From positions 1,696,001 to 1,760,000 of the forward strand of contig CAVSHF010000003.1 in the NCBI GenBank assembly GCA_963727805.1: DNA of 64,000 nucleotides, given 5' to 3'. Below the pieces are notes generated by a model. The model saw only the letters and a program-made list of their open reading frames with translations, was not told the DNA's origin and did no database searches. The translations under genes were made by a program, and so were the position numbers. This document shows, piece by piece, positions 35,541 through 46,413 of this stretch. This DNA comes from an uncultured Nitrospiraceae bacterium (GTDB lineage: Bacteria; Nitrospirota; Thermodesulfovibrionia; Thermodesulfovibrionales; Dissulfurispiraceae). How positions within the stretch are numbered: the stretch's first letter is position 1; each line of letters begins with the position of its first letter.

Positions 35541-36968
35541 TTACTTCTTCCTCCTGATGAGCTTCCAGGTTGGGCTGTTTATGGTAGCATCCATGTCTCG
35601 GGCAAAAACCCCGAAGCCGTCAAAACCGTGGTACGGCCCTGAGTAATCCCATGAATGCATCTGCCGGAATGGAACACCCATCTTGTGATATGTATACTTT
35701 TCCTTGATTCCAGCTCCGACGAGATCGGGTCTTATCCGGTGGGTGAACTCCTCCAGTTCGTACTCAGTGGCATCGTCGAGGATCAGGGCACCCTCCTTCA
35801 TTTCGGGGTAGGTGCGCTTATAATCGTCATTATGGGCGAACTCGTAGCCGCTCGCGATCACTTCCATCCCGAGGTCTTCATAAGCGCCGATGGTATGGCG
35901 CGGCCTGAGACCGCCGACATAGAGCATGACCGTTTTGCCCTCCAAACGCACCCGATACTTCTCGATCACTGCATCCATCTTCGGTTTATATTTTACGATC
36001 ATCGCCTCTGCCTTCTCCTTGATCGAATCGTCAAAATGAGCGGCGATCTTCCGGATGCTCTCGTATATCCTCGTGGGTCCAAAGAAGTTGAACTCGGTCC
36101 ACGGTATCCCATAACTCTCTTCCATGTGACGGCAGATGTAGTTCATGGAGCGGTAGCAGTGGATGAGATTCAGTTTCGCCTTATGTGCGATGCCCATCTC
36201 ATTTACTGATGCATCGCCGGTCCACTGTGCAATTACCCGAAGGCCCATCTCCTCAAGCATCTTGCGCGAAGACCATGCATCACCACCGATGTTGTAATCG
36301 CCTATGAGAGCAACATCGTAAGGGGTGGTTTTTTCAAGAGTCCCTTTGCCGAGAACATGGTCCCTGATCGTATCGTTAGCGATATGGTGACCCAGTGACT
36401 GGCTGACACCGCGGAACCCCTCGCACCTGACAGGAACAATCGGCATGCCAAACTCCTTTACCCTCTTCTTCGCCACCGCCTCGATGTCGTCGCCAATGAG
36501 ACCAACCGGGCATTCGGAAAGAATCCCGATTCCCTTTGCAAGAGGGAATAGTTCCTTCAGTTCAACGAGTGCACCATCAAGATGCTTGTCACCGCCATAA
36601 ACGATGTCCTTCTCTTGGAAATCAGTCGTAATATGCATTGTGCCGAAGGTGTCTATCCCAGTCTGACCGTTATAATAGTTGCGGCGCGCCCACCAGCTAT
36701 ACTGACCACAGCCGATCGGTCCGTGGCTAATCGTTATCTGGTCCTTGACCGGGCCCCAAACAACACCCTTAGCTCCCGCGTAAGCACAGCCGCGGACCGT
36801 CATGACGCCCGGCCGGGACTTGACGTTAGATTTCACCTGACATGAAGCGCACTGCCCAGTTGGATCATTTGGAGCTATGTGCTTTGCACGCAGCTTTTTG
36901 GTCTTTTCCGGGTAGACCTCCAGGACTTCATCTATCATTTTTTGGGTATCTTCAATTGCCCTGCTCAT
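35541..36968 (-). CDS. nifD: Nitrogenase MoFe protein alpha chain
   Basis: [51 protein letters not shown]. Confidence 0.98.
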   Translation of the reverse strand: MSRAIEDTQKMIDEVLEVYPEKTKKLRAKHIAPNDPTGQCASCQVKSNVKSRPGVMTVRGCAYAGAKGVVWGPVKDQITISHGPIGCGQYSWWARRNYYNGQTGIDTFGTMHITTDFQEKDIVYGGDKHLDGALVELKELFPLAKGIGILSECPVGLIGDDIEAVAKKRVKEFGMPIVPVRCEGFRGVSQSLGHHIANDTIRDHVLGKGTLEKTTPYDVALIGDYNIGGDAWSSRKMLEEMGLRVIAQWTGDASVNEMGIAHKAKLNLIHCYRSMNYICRHMEESYGIPWTEFNFFGPTRIYESIRKIAAHFDDSIKEKAEAMIVKYKPKMDAVIEKYRVRLEGKTVMLYVGGLRPRHTIGAYEDLGMEVIASGYEFAHNDDYKRTYPEMKEGALILDDATEYELEEFTHRIRPDLVGAGIKEKYTYHKMGVPFRQMHSWDYSGPYHGFDGFGVFARDMDATINSPTWKLIRRKK

Positions 36969-37114
36969 AATATCCCCCTTAAAAAATTAGTACGGATGTA
37001 CGTTTGTTCAAGACAGAAATATTTCGCTGCTTTTCAGCTGCACTTGTGCTTCCACATCATTTTGTTGAGTACGTTTAGTACTCAGGCATTTGCGCACGTC
37101 CGCGCTGAACATTT

Positions 37115-37981
<867 letters not shown>

Positions 37982-37998
37982 TTACTGATCTAAAATTG

Positions 37999-38033
37999 AG
38001 CAAGAGGCATGCCATGCTTATAAGTAATTGATA
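37999..38033 (-). promoter_or_regulatory. sigma54 promoter of nifH with IHF site
   Basis: TGGC-atgcctc-TTGCT (38014-37999); TATCAAttacTTA (38033-38021) fits WATCAANNNNTTR. Confidence 0.85.
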
Positions 38034-38469
38034 TATTGGCCATTAGTCGACATCTTGGCCTTTTTGGGATATTCCTCTATATTTCATTATTGTAATATTT
38101 ACTACTTTTTTGTACATATATTGGCCAAAATTATTATCTGTTAGTCTCTCTTCCCATCACTACAAGTGGCAGTGAATGCCAAATCTATCACAAGCGTTTC
38201 GGATGGACGAATCGTTGAGACCAAGGGCGGGTTTGACTAAATAAGAATGTTGACCATTGGAATATACAACGGAACGGATACTCCTGTGCTGACAAATAGG
38301 TTTTAAAGTCCCTTTAAATGAGATGAGTTATCGCTTAACGATAACGCAAAGATTTATGTGGTAATCTGTTTTAGAATGAAGAAGAATCATTCCCAATGCG
38401 CTATGTGGTGCTGATTTCAGATAGGGTGTCCTATTACGCTCGCCTCGAAACCTGCTATAATCACTTGAA

Positions 38470-39963
38470 ATGAAGCACACACCGTCAAATCAAGAACTCT
38501 ATCATGAAATATTCGGTTCCATCCTAGATAGAATCGAGATGACACCATTCTTATTATCGCGTGCTAGAAATTATGATGTGGCCATCAACCAAGCTTCCAA
38601 GATGATGGGCAACCGAGGGTTTGATACTTTTGGCAGCACCGATTTGCGAGAGAGTGAAAAACAGAGGGCTCAGAAGTATATTGAACAGGTTTATAATTAT
38701 TTTCTTGACTGGATGTTTCCTTTTTGCAGGAATCAACTCGCAAAGCTCTCTGCCTTGAATTCCAGCAACAGCAGTCACTACAAGCATTGCCTGCGGAGCA
38801 TCGACACAACGCAAAAGATTTTGAAGAGCACGGAATTTCGAAGGTTACTCAATGAGGATCCTCGACATCTCTTTCTTATTGCATCATCAAGAAAATATCC
38901 TCATGTTTTTTATGGGTACCAGGGAAGAAATATGAAAGTTCCAGCTGAATGGCAGCCAATAGCCTGTTCCATTCTTAAGATGGGACACCTGATCAAATCA
39001 ATTGAAGAGGACAGCCAGGATATTAACGATTATGCTCAGTTGGGTGTATTTCTGGAAAGACAGGGACAAAGCCTTGATGACTTATACAATTACGACTGGG
39101 AAAATCCGGTACATCTTCCGGATAGTGAATACGCACAAAGAGCATTTGTCAAGATATCCACTTTTTTTCATAAGCTGAAAGAGTCGATGATGTCCGATGC
39201 AAAAAAAGGCTGTTTGGTTTTCAATAGCGGTGACGGCGTTGAAGTTGACATAGCCGAGATTAAAGCCAGGTTGAAGAGTCCGGAAAGTATGTTTACCAAA
39301 TTGGGGAAGAATGTAGAAGGAGAGGTTTACGATATAAGGGATATCCTTGCAATCACTTTTATTTTGAGGAGCAGGGATGACACGCTAATGCTTTTTCATG
39401 CATTACAGAAGAGAGGGGTCATACTACAGGAAAATACCGTTTCTCATTCAATAACCCAGACGCTCTTTGATAGCCCGAAAGATATGATGGAAGCGATTCG
39501 AAGACTTGTGATCAGCCTTTCACACAGCGAGGGCAAAGATAAGGTACCGGAGGGAAAAGAGCTGCTTTCCAACGCGATAAAATTCTATGAGGCTCTTAAT
39601 GTTAATGCTGCTAAGAATGTATATTCGTCTTCAGGCCATAAAAAGTTTCAGTGTAAAATAACTTTCTCCCTACCAATTCACCGCGCAACTGAAACAAATG
39701 AGATCATGATTCCAGGAACACCCTCATATTCAAATAGAGATCAGATCCGTAAAAAAACTCAACAGCATACGCTCAGTGTAGAACTGCGTATATCAGATGA
39801 GCAAAGCTGGTACGCATCTGAACAAAAGGGAGACTCGCACCATGATGCTTACAAATTCCGTCAGCTCGTCTCTGTGATGAATAGGGTCTTCAAAAATAAC
39901 TTCCATTTACCAGAACAGAGCTTTAAGCAATTGAGGGAAGACCAGAGAACCCTCTTCCCCTGA
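38470..39963 (+). CDS. Hypothetical protein with a divergent RelA/SpoT-synthetase-like nucleotidyltransferase domain
   Basis: RLKSPESMFTKL, IRDILAI, SSGHKKFQ, VELRIS, SEQKGDSHHDAYK in RSH order. Confidence 0.65.
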   Translation: MKHTPSNQELYHEIFGSILDRIEMTPFLLSRARNYDVAINQASKMMGNRGFDTFGSTDLRESEKQRAQKYIEQVYNYFLDWMFPFCRNQLAKLSALNSSNSSHYKHCLRSIDTTQKILKSTEFRRLLNEDPRHLFLIASSRKYPHVFYGYQGRNMKVPAEWQPIACSILKMGHLIKSIEEDSQDINDYAQLGVFLERQGQSLDDLYNYDWENPVHLPDSEYAQRAFVKISTFFHKLKESMMSDAKKGCLVFNSGDGVEVDIAEIKARLKSPESMFTKLGKNVEGEVYDIRDILAITFILRSRDDTLMLFHALQKRGVILQENTVSHSITQTLFDSPKDMMEAIRRLVISLSHSEGKDKVPEGKELLSNAIKFYEALNVNAAKNVYSSSGHKKFQCKITFSLPIHRATETNEIMIPGTPSYSNRDQIRKKTQQHTLSVELRISDEQSWYASEQKGDSHHDAYKFRQLVSVMNRVFKNNFHLPEQSFKQLREDQRTLFP

Positions 39964-40365
39964 CCTCAGCTTTGCGGTGAGCCGCATCCTTATCACACTT
40001 GTGTTATTGTAAAAATGTCAAACGCATCTATTATCTGCTATGTCGTTTGACTGCTTCCCGTTCAAAGATCGCTGAAGAAAATTTGTCGAACTGCTAACTT
40101 TTTTCCCTTTTTGCCTAGACTTTACGCCTCCTGTAGTCACTGTAGCCCTCTTTTCTTGTAGACTCATAAGGCGTTGAGACCCACTTTTAGCCGATATCAG
40201 CCATTAAATCAAAATTCTATGTCATTACCTTGAAATTTAAAGCCTTGCACCTCGCGGAAGGGTCTTCTAGCCTTGGAATTTAAAATTCATTTACCAAGAT
40301 ACGTCGGCTGCAGTCTTCCGGTAGCATCAGCATTTACGACTCAATCAATTTCCCCTCACCGTTCC

Positions 40366-40926
40366 TCACTCATTACCTGCCATGATCTTCCTGAAACATT
40401 CCGAGGTGCGGATAGTATGGTATGTCTTTGAGGTCTTGATGTAATTCCAGTTGTTATAGCCCTTCTCTATTGCTTTTTTCAACCATCGGCACGACTCCTC
40501 GGTATCCATTTTTGCCGCAAAGAGTTCAGCCATGCTATTCAGAGCGTAAATATTATTGGGGCTCATCTCAAGGGCTTTTCTAATATCTTTTTCAGCCTGG
40601 TCATAACAACCCATCAGGATATAATGGAAGCCCCTGTTGTTATATGCCATATCCTTGTTCGGATTCAATTCGATGGCCTTGTTGTAATCGGCGAGTGCTT
40701 TATCGTAGCGGCCGATCTTCTGATAGGTATTGCCCCGGTTGATGTAGGCGAGCGTAAAGTCGGGCCGCAATTCAATGGCCCTGTCGTAATCGGCGATGGC
40801 TAACTCGCGATGTCCCCGTTTTTCATATTCATTGCCACGGTTATTATAGGCACGGTAATCCTGCGGATTGGTCTTAATCATCTTACTGTAATAGGCTATC
40901 GGGTCACGCTTTGCCAAATTGTCCAA
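40366..40926 (-). CDS. Tetratricopeptide repeat protein
   Basis: Repeated AYNNRG...AIADY..AIEL.P. Confidence 0.9.
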   Translation of the reverse strand: MDNLAKRDPIAYYSKMIKTNPQDYRAYNNRGNEYEKRGHRELAIADYDRAIELRPDFTLAYINRGNTYQKIGRYDKALADYNKAIELNPNKDMAYNNRGFHYILMGCYDQAEKDIRKALEMSPNNIYALNSMAELFAAKMDTEESCRWLKKAIEKGYNNWNYIKTSKTYHTIRTSECFRKIMAGNE

Positions 40927-40997
40927 GACGATTTCTCCCAGCTCAAATAGCGTATGCTAAAAAAACTATATTTTATGCCGACTGAAAAGTCAAGCTC

Positions 40998-41034
40998 GTG
41001 GTACTATTTGTGGTACTATTTTGTGGCACTATTT
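40998..41034. repeat. Three tandem 12-13 bp direct repeats GTGG(T)ACTATTT
   Basis: gtggtactattt / gtggtactatttt / gtggcactattt. Confidence 0.85.
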
Positions 41035-41124
41035 AGATGCTGTGCAGGATCGCACTTGCCTTCACGCAAAAAGTTTGGTTATAGTAATCAAGAAATTAGA
41101 GCCTATTTTTAGCGGAGGTGTACT

Positions 41125-42444
41125 TTGCATATCGCCGTCATCGGAACCGGTTATGTCGGCCTCGTAACAGGCGCTTGCTTTGCTGAATTCGGCGTTTTCG
41201 TCACGTGTGTCGATAAAGATAAGGAAAAGATCGATTCCCTGAAGAAAGGGATCATCCCCTTTTACGAGCCCGGACTTGAGGAGCTCGTCAGCAGGAATTA
41301 TAAACAGGGAAGGATAAAATTCACCACCAACCTCGGTGATGCCATTGAAGAATCACTCGTCATCTTTATTGCTGTAGGGACCCCGCCGCGAGGCGACGGC
41401 TCAGCTGACCTGAGCTATGTGGATGAGGTTGGAAAAGAAATCGCGAACCAAATTAAAGGATATAAAGTCATCGTCACAAAAAGCACGGTACCTGTGGGAA
41501 CGGGCGAACGTTTAAGGGAGATTATCTCCAGGAACCTCCCTAAAACGCTCGACAAAGAAGCAATCAATTTCGATATCGTATCGAACCCCGAATTCCTCCG
41601 AGAGGGGGCGGCCATTGAAGACTTCATGAGGCCCAACAGAGTGGTGCTTGGCGCAAATAGCCAGCAGGCGATAGCCATCCTGAAGGACCTCTACCGGCCT
41701 CTCTATCTTATTGAAACACCTTTTGTGATAGCCAATATCGAAACGGCCGAGCTGATCAAATATGCATGCAATGCATTTCTTGCAACGAAGATATCCTTTA
41801 TTAACGAGATCGCGAACCTCTGTGAAGAGGTGGGAGCCGACGTCAAACTGGTCGCCAAAGGTATGGGACTTGACGGCAGAATCGGCCCCAAGTTCCTCCA
41901 TGCCGGCGCGGGCTTCGGCGGCTCCTGTTTCCCTAAAGATACGCGTGCGCTGTTGCAGATAGCCTCGATACGCGGCGTGCAACTCGGCATTGTCGATGCA
42001 GCCATTGAAGCCAATGAACGTCAGATACAACGGATGGGCGAAAAGATCAAGAGTGCCCTCCCTGATATTCACGGAAGGACAATTGCTGTCCTGGGGCTTT
42101 CCTTTAAACCAAACACCGACGACATACGGGAAGCGCCAGCCTTGAGCATTATTCAGGACCTTGCAGAACAAGGCGCCGTAATACGAGCCTATGATCCGGT
42201 GGCAATGGAGAACGCAAAAAAGACGGTAGAAATATCGGACATTACTTATTGCTCCGATGCATACGACGCATGCGCCGGAGCCGACGCTGTTGTCATCATT
42301 ACGGAATGGAACCAGTTCAGAAACCTCGATTTGGAGCGCATCAAGGGACTGCTCAAGGTCCCGATCTTCTTCGACCTCCGGAATATCTACGACCCTGAAA
42401 AGATGCGGGGAGCGGGGTTTATATATTATTGTGTCGGAAGATAA
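41125..42444 (+). CDS. ugd: UDP-glucose 6-dehydrogenase
   Basis: GTGYVG, KSTVPVG, SNPEFLREG, GFGGSCFPKD, FKPNTDDIR; TTG start after GGAGG. Confidence 0.95.
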   Translation: MHIAVIGTGYVGLVTGACFAEFGVFVTCVDKDKEKIDSLKKGIIPFYEPGLEELVSRNYKQGRIKFTTNLGDAIEESLVIFIAVGTPPRGDGSADLSYVDEVGKEIANQIKGYKVIVTKSTVPVGTGERLREIISRNLPKTLDKEAINFDIVSNPEFLREGAAIEDFMRPNRVVLGANSQQAIAILKDLYRPLYLIETPFVIANIETAELIKYACNAFLATKISFINEIANLCEEVGADVKLVAKGMGLDGRIGPKFLHAGAGFGGSCFPKDTRALLQIASIRGVQLGIVDAAIEANERQIQRMGEKIKSALPDIHGRTIAVLGLSFKPNTDDIREAPALSIIQDLAEQGAVIRAYDPVAMENAKKTVEISDITYCSDAYDACAGADAVVIITEWNQFRNLDLERIKGLLKVPIFFDLRNIYDPEKMRGAGFIYYCVGR

Positions 42445-42657
42445 TGTTGGGGGGACTTCCCTTATGGGGTGCGATGGGGAGTTACTTTCGATTAGTTGGG
42501 TTAGTACAATACGGACCCAGTAGGGACGAGCCTCCAGCTCTCCCCTACTGGTCAACCGATCATAAACCGTGTCTATCTTTCACACGTGTTGCACATTCAC
42601 CACACACAACTAAACATTAAGTGGTTTTAAGCCATATATATTAGCAAATTCTTCTAT

Positions 42658-42734
42658 TGGCATATTTATTGCTAATTTTAACATTATTCTTTGTCAAGTT
42701 TTTCCTTGACAAAGAAGTATCCGCATGGTATAAA
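42658..42734 (+). promoter_or_regulatory. Tandem sigma54 and sigma70 promoters of the porin gene
   Basis: TGGC-atattta-TTGCT (42658-42673); TTGACA-N17-TATAAA (42706-42734). Confidence 0.7.
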
Positions 42735-42898
42735 AGTTACCATGCCTTTGAAAAACGCTAATCATGGCGTTTCATCCTTAAAGCATAGAAGGGGGTGATA
42801 GAAGGAAGGATTAGATTGGCTTTGCAGTGAGCGGTAACGATGTTTTGTACCTCTGCCTTTGGCGGAGCAAACTGAACTAACCATTGGAGGGTTAGGAA

Positions 42899-44347
42899 GT
42901 GAAAAAATATCTTGTATTAGCACTCGCAGCAATGTTTGTGCTGGGCTTTGCGGCTAGCTCCTTTGCTATCCACGCAGAAATCCCGGCGGAGACACAGGCA
43001 GTCGTATCAGGTGGCTCGACCCAGATCACCATCGGCGGTGAAATAAGGGTCAGAGGTCTTGCGGAAAACAACACAGGCGATTTCAATAGTAACAAGACTA
43101 GCACCGGCGATGCCAATAAGTGGGACCAGAGGGTGAGGCTCCAAGTAGAGGCCAAGGTAACCCCGAATACCACTGGTTTGATCCAGCTGGAAGCTGGTGA
43201 TCCGACTTTAGGCAGCAACACACAAGCTGATATCAGAAACTGGGGTACTGAGACTTCAGGTGCTACGGGTTCTCTCCCGTTTGCCAATGCAAAACAGGAT
43301 GCGATGAGGGTACTCCAGGCCTGGATTCTGCACCAGGGTAGTGGTCTTCTCGGAGTTCCTGCACTGGTCAAGATCGGACATATGCCGATCCAGATCGGTC
43401 AGGCCGGCCTTTTCTATGAGCACACTAAATTTGGCGATGATGCCCTTCTCCTTGGCGTCGACCCGATCAAGGGCCTGCACCTCATCGGCGGTACTGTGAA
43501 GATGTCCGAGGGTAACAGTGCATTGAACGATGATGTCAATGCGTATACCTTCATTGGATCGTATGATGTCAACAAAGACATCAACTTCGGCCTCGATTTG
43601 ACCTATGCAGATGGTCAGAACCTCAATCACGGGAACTCTTTTGGAACCGTTATTAATGATCCTTCCCTTCACCTATGGAACTTAGGCGCCAACGCCAAGG
43701 TGCGGGTAGCCGGACTCGGGATCGCCGCCGACGTAGCCGTCCAGGATGTTAAGATCGTTAACTTAGCTTCAAATACTACTGTTGACAGCAAATTCATGAC
43801 TTTTGCCACCAAGGGTGACCTCGATTACACTATCAAGCCTGTGACCCTTTTGGCTGGAGCCGCATACGGCTCAGGCAACAACGATGCGAGTGGTCTCGGC
43901 CGTAAGGACTTCGTTACCTCGCAGAGCAACATACAGCACTTTACGTTTGTTTATGAGTACCTGACGCCGAACGCAGCCGGTAACACCAGCGGCGGCCTTC
44001 AGAACACTTGGTACCTCAAGGCTGGCGCCAAAGCCGACATCGTGAAGAACCTTGACGCAGCGCTTCAAGTGTATTACCTCAGGGCTATAAATGGCTATCT
44101 GAAGGAAACTGATGCCCTCCATCAGGATACGGATCCTAGCGGGATTGGCAAAAGCAAGGCCATCGGTACAGAAATTGACGGAAACATCAACTTCCAGATC
44201 GACAGAAACCTGAAGTATTATGTAGAGGGCGGTTACCTCTTTGCAGGAAACTTCTGGAAGTATGCTACCCCAGTTGATTCCACAGATCACCACAAGAGCC
44301 CGGATGATGCATGGGCAATCAGGCACGGCATTCAGCTCAGCTTCTAA
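42899..44347 (+). CDS. Outer-membrane beta-barrel porin (alginate-export/OmpJ-like)
   Basis: Signal peptide, GGEIRVRG, WDQRVRL, IGTEIDG, amphipathic strands, terminal Phe. Confidence 0.85.
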   Translation: MKKYLVLALAAMFVLGFAASSFAIHAEIPAETQAVVSGGSTQITIGGEIRVRGLAENNTGDFNSNKTSTGDANKWDQRVRLQVEAKVTPNTTGLIQLEAGDPTLGSNTQADIRNWGTETSGATGSLPFANAKQDAMRVLQAWILHQGSGLLGVPALVKIGHMPIQIGQAGLFYEHTKFGDDALLLGVDPIKGLHLIGGTVKMSEGNSALNDDVNAYTFIGSYDVNKDINFGLDLTYADGQNLNHGNSFGTVINDPSLHLWNLGANAKVRVAGLGIAADVAVQDVKIVNLASNTTVDSKFMTFATKGDLDYTIKPVTLLAGAAYGSGNNDASGLGRKDFVTSQSNIQHFTFVYEYLTPNAAGNTSGGLQNTWYLKAGAKADIVKNLDAALQVYYLRAINGYLKETDALHQDTDPSGIGKSKAIGTEIDGNINFQIDRNLKYYVEGGYLFAGNFWKYATPVDSTDHHKSPDDAWAIRHGIQLSF

Positions 44348-44387
44348 ATTCTCAATGCGCCATGCGTAAAGCATGACGCGATGATTC

Positions 44388-44470
44388 AAAAGAACGGCTG
44401 TCCGAAAGGGCAGCCGTTCTTTTGTGTGTATCGTTAACAAAAGGGCGCACCTATAGGTGCGCCCTTTTGT
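44388..44470. terminator. Two tandem bidirectional intrinsic terminators
   Basis: aaaagaacggctgtcc-gaaa-gggcagccgttctttt and perfect palindrome acaaaagggcgcacc-tata-ggtgcgcccttttgt. Confidence 0.9.
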
Positions 44471-45605
44471 TTTTGGTCTTGCGTGGTCAGACCAGAAACG
44501 CAGGACTGTCCCAACAAGCCTGACGATAATGCGGGACAGGCGAACACATAGATTCACCTCTACATAAGTTTGTTCATGGTTCAAAACAACGACCACAAAC
44601 GAACATATGCGTGGCGCAAAATTACACTACGGACATCCATTCCCCGGCAAATTATGGTAGCGCAATTATTACGAACATGTTATTTGCAACTAAACTGAAA
44701 TGAATGAAACTCATCCCGGCTAAGGCCCGGAGTTTCTTCGCTCAATCGGAGGTGCAATGGCGCTCATTGGCACGGCAGAACAAAACATGGGGATTGCACG
44801 TCTATGCGGCGAAGATACATGTTCAATGGGCTCCATACGCAGCCTTTAGGACAGCTACCCATTTTTTTATAGAGTTTCCAGGAGTCAGCGGACTGTTTGA
44901 TGCATTTATGTGAGAATATCCTTTGCAATATAGCGGTCCGAACGCACCAGCTATAACTTTGATGAGTTGAAAAACCAGTGGAGCTGGAGTGGTAACACGA
45001 CATAAGACTCAAAGCGATGTCGAATCATCAGCCATAGGGTTGCTCTTGTCTGCAACTAGCGGTCGCTGCTTGTCGGTCTGACAAATCCGAATAAACATCA
45101 CGAGGCAATTACCAGTCGTCCGTCATTATTACATGCAGTCGTCAAACAAACAATCCATGCAGGGCCAATCATTTCTGACTGTTACAAGCAACCATGCCGA
45201 GTCGGGAAAAGTTCAAGATATGTTGCGAAATCCACCGCATTTTCTAGGGCAGGTTAAAGTTGCTGCAGAGCAGTTGAGTATTGCCGCTCGAGTAAAAGTC
45301 ATCGGGATGCATGCTTTCAGGAAACTTATCGACGCTTTGGAGGCAATTCTGGTAAACCGGTTTAAAGGTTGCCTCAAACTGGTAAATCATGATCCTCGGC
45401 TGCCGTCTTTTGGATAATGAATAATCCGGCTAACTGGACAGATGACAAAGATTACCCATTGGATCAAATGTCGGGGCGTACCTATGTTTACGCTATCTAC
45501 GTTTCAGGGCAGGCACACAGGTCTGCCGCTACAAATCACCAGATTATTGTACCTATGGGCATAATACAATACGCCCGTACGTTACACATCCCGTATCATC
45601 AATAA

Positions 45606-46355
45606 TCAATAATTCATTATCTCCAGGTAATCCTTCAGGTCCGTTTCTTCCTCTCCCTTTGCGGTATACAATCTCTCCTTGATATCGGCGATCTTCTTAT
45701 CTCTGTCGCCTCTGTAATCCTGATCGATCTCAACGGCCCTATCCATTATCTCGGCGGCATCGCCGTATTTCTCCAGCTTGTTATAGGCAAGCGCCATTGC
45801 GTAATACGGGAGCGAAAATGATTTGTCTCGTCTGATCGCATCCTTGAATGCATCAACCGCCTTGTCATAATCACCTAGACGATAGTAGGACATCCCCAAG
45901 TTGTAAAAGGCCCACTCGGGTGTCTGATAGAGCAGATTTGCGAGCGCCTTCTGAAATGCCTCCACTGCCTCCTTCCATTGCTTGAGCCGCATATAGGTTG
46001 CGCCGAGATTATTATAAGCATTCGCAAATTGAGGGTCCAGCCTAACGGCCTTAAGAAAATATTGTCTGGCATTGGCATAGTCCTCAAGTTCGAAATAGAC
46101 AAGCCCGAGGTTATATACGATCTCCTTGTTGTTCGGTTCCATTTGTATCGCTTTCTGGAACTCGACAAAGGCAAGCTGCACCTTACCTTCATTAAGATAC
46201 GCCATACCCATTTTATTATGGTAAGCAGCCTCCTTAGGTTGCGCAATCTCGGAGGAAGAGATGCATCCACCAGTGGATAACACTACCGTAAGGAGTGCAG
46301 CTAATATGCTTGCGATAGTCAGGCTCGTCATATGGTGCCAGATATTTTCTTTCAT
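45606..46355 (-). CDS. TPR lipoprotein, PilW/PilF-like
   Basis: Lipobox-like TGGC; TPRs; ALANLLYQTPEWAFYNLG. Confidence 0.78.
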   Translation of the reverse strand: MKENIWHHMTSLTIASILAALLTVVLSTGGCISSSEIAQPKEAAYHNKMGMAYLNEGKVQLAFVEFQKAIQMEPNNKEIVYNLGLVYFELEDYANARQYFLKAVRLDPQFANAYNNLGATYMRLKQWKEAVEAFQKALANLLYQTPEWAFYNLGMSYYRLGDYDKAVDAFKDAIRRDKSFSLPYYAMALAYNKLEKYGDAAEIMDRAVEIDQDYRGDRDKKIADIKERLYTAKGEEETDLKDYLEIMNY

Positions 46356-46413
46356 AGGTTCAGTTTAAATCATTTCACCTGTCTTGTCTACAGAATGATG
46401 CGGGAGCGACTTC

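Noticed and set aside
40228..40284. Two copies of CCTTG(A/G)AATTTAAA between convergent genes
   Set aside because: Only two short AT-rich copies; compatible with chance
41512..44596. Long antisense ORFs over ugd and the porin (likewise over nifK, nifEN, the CysRS paralogue and the glt genes)
   Set aside because: Shadows of strongly coding opposite strands, with no RBS or motifs
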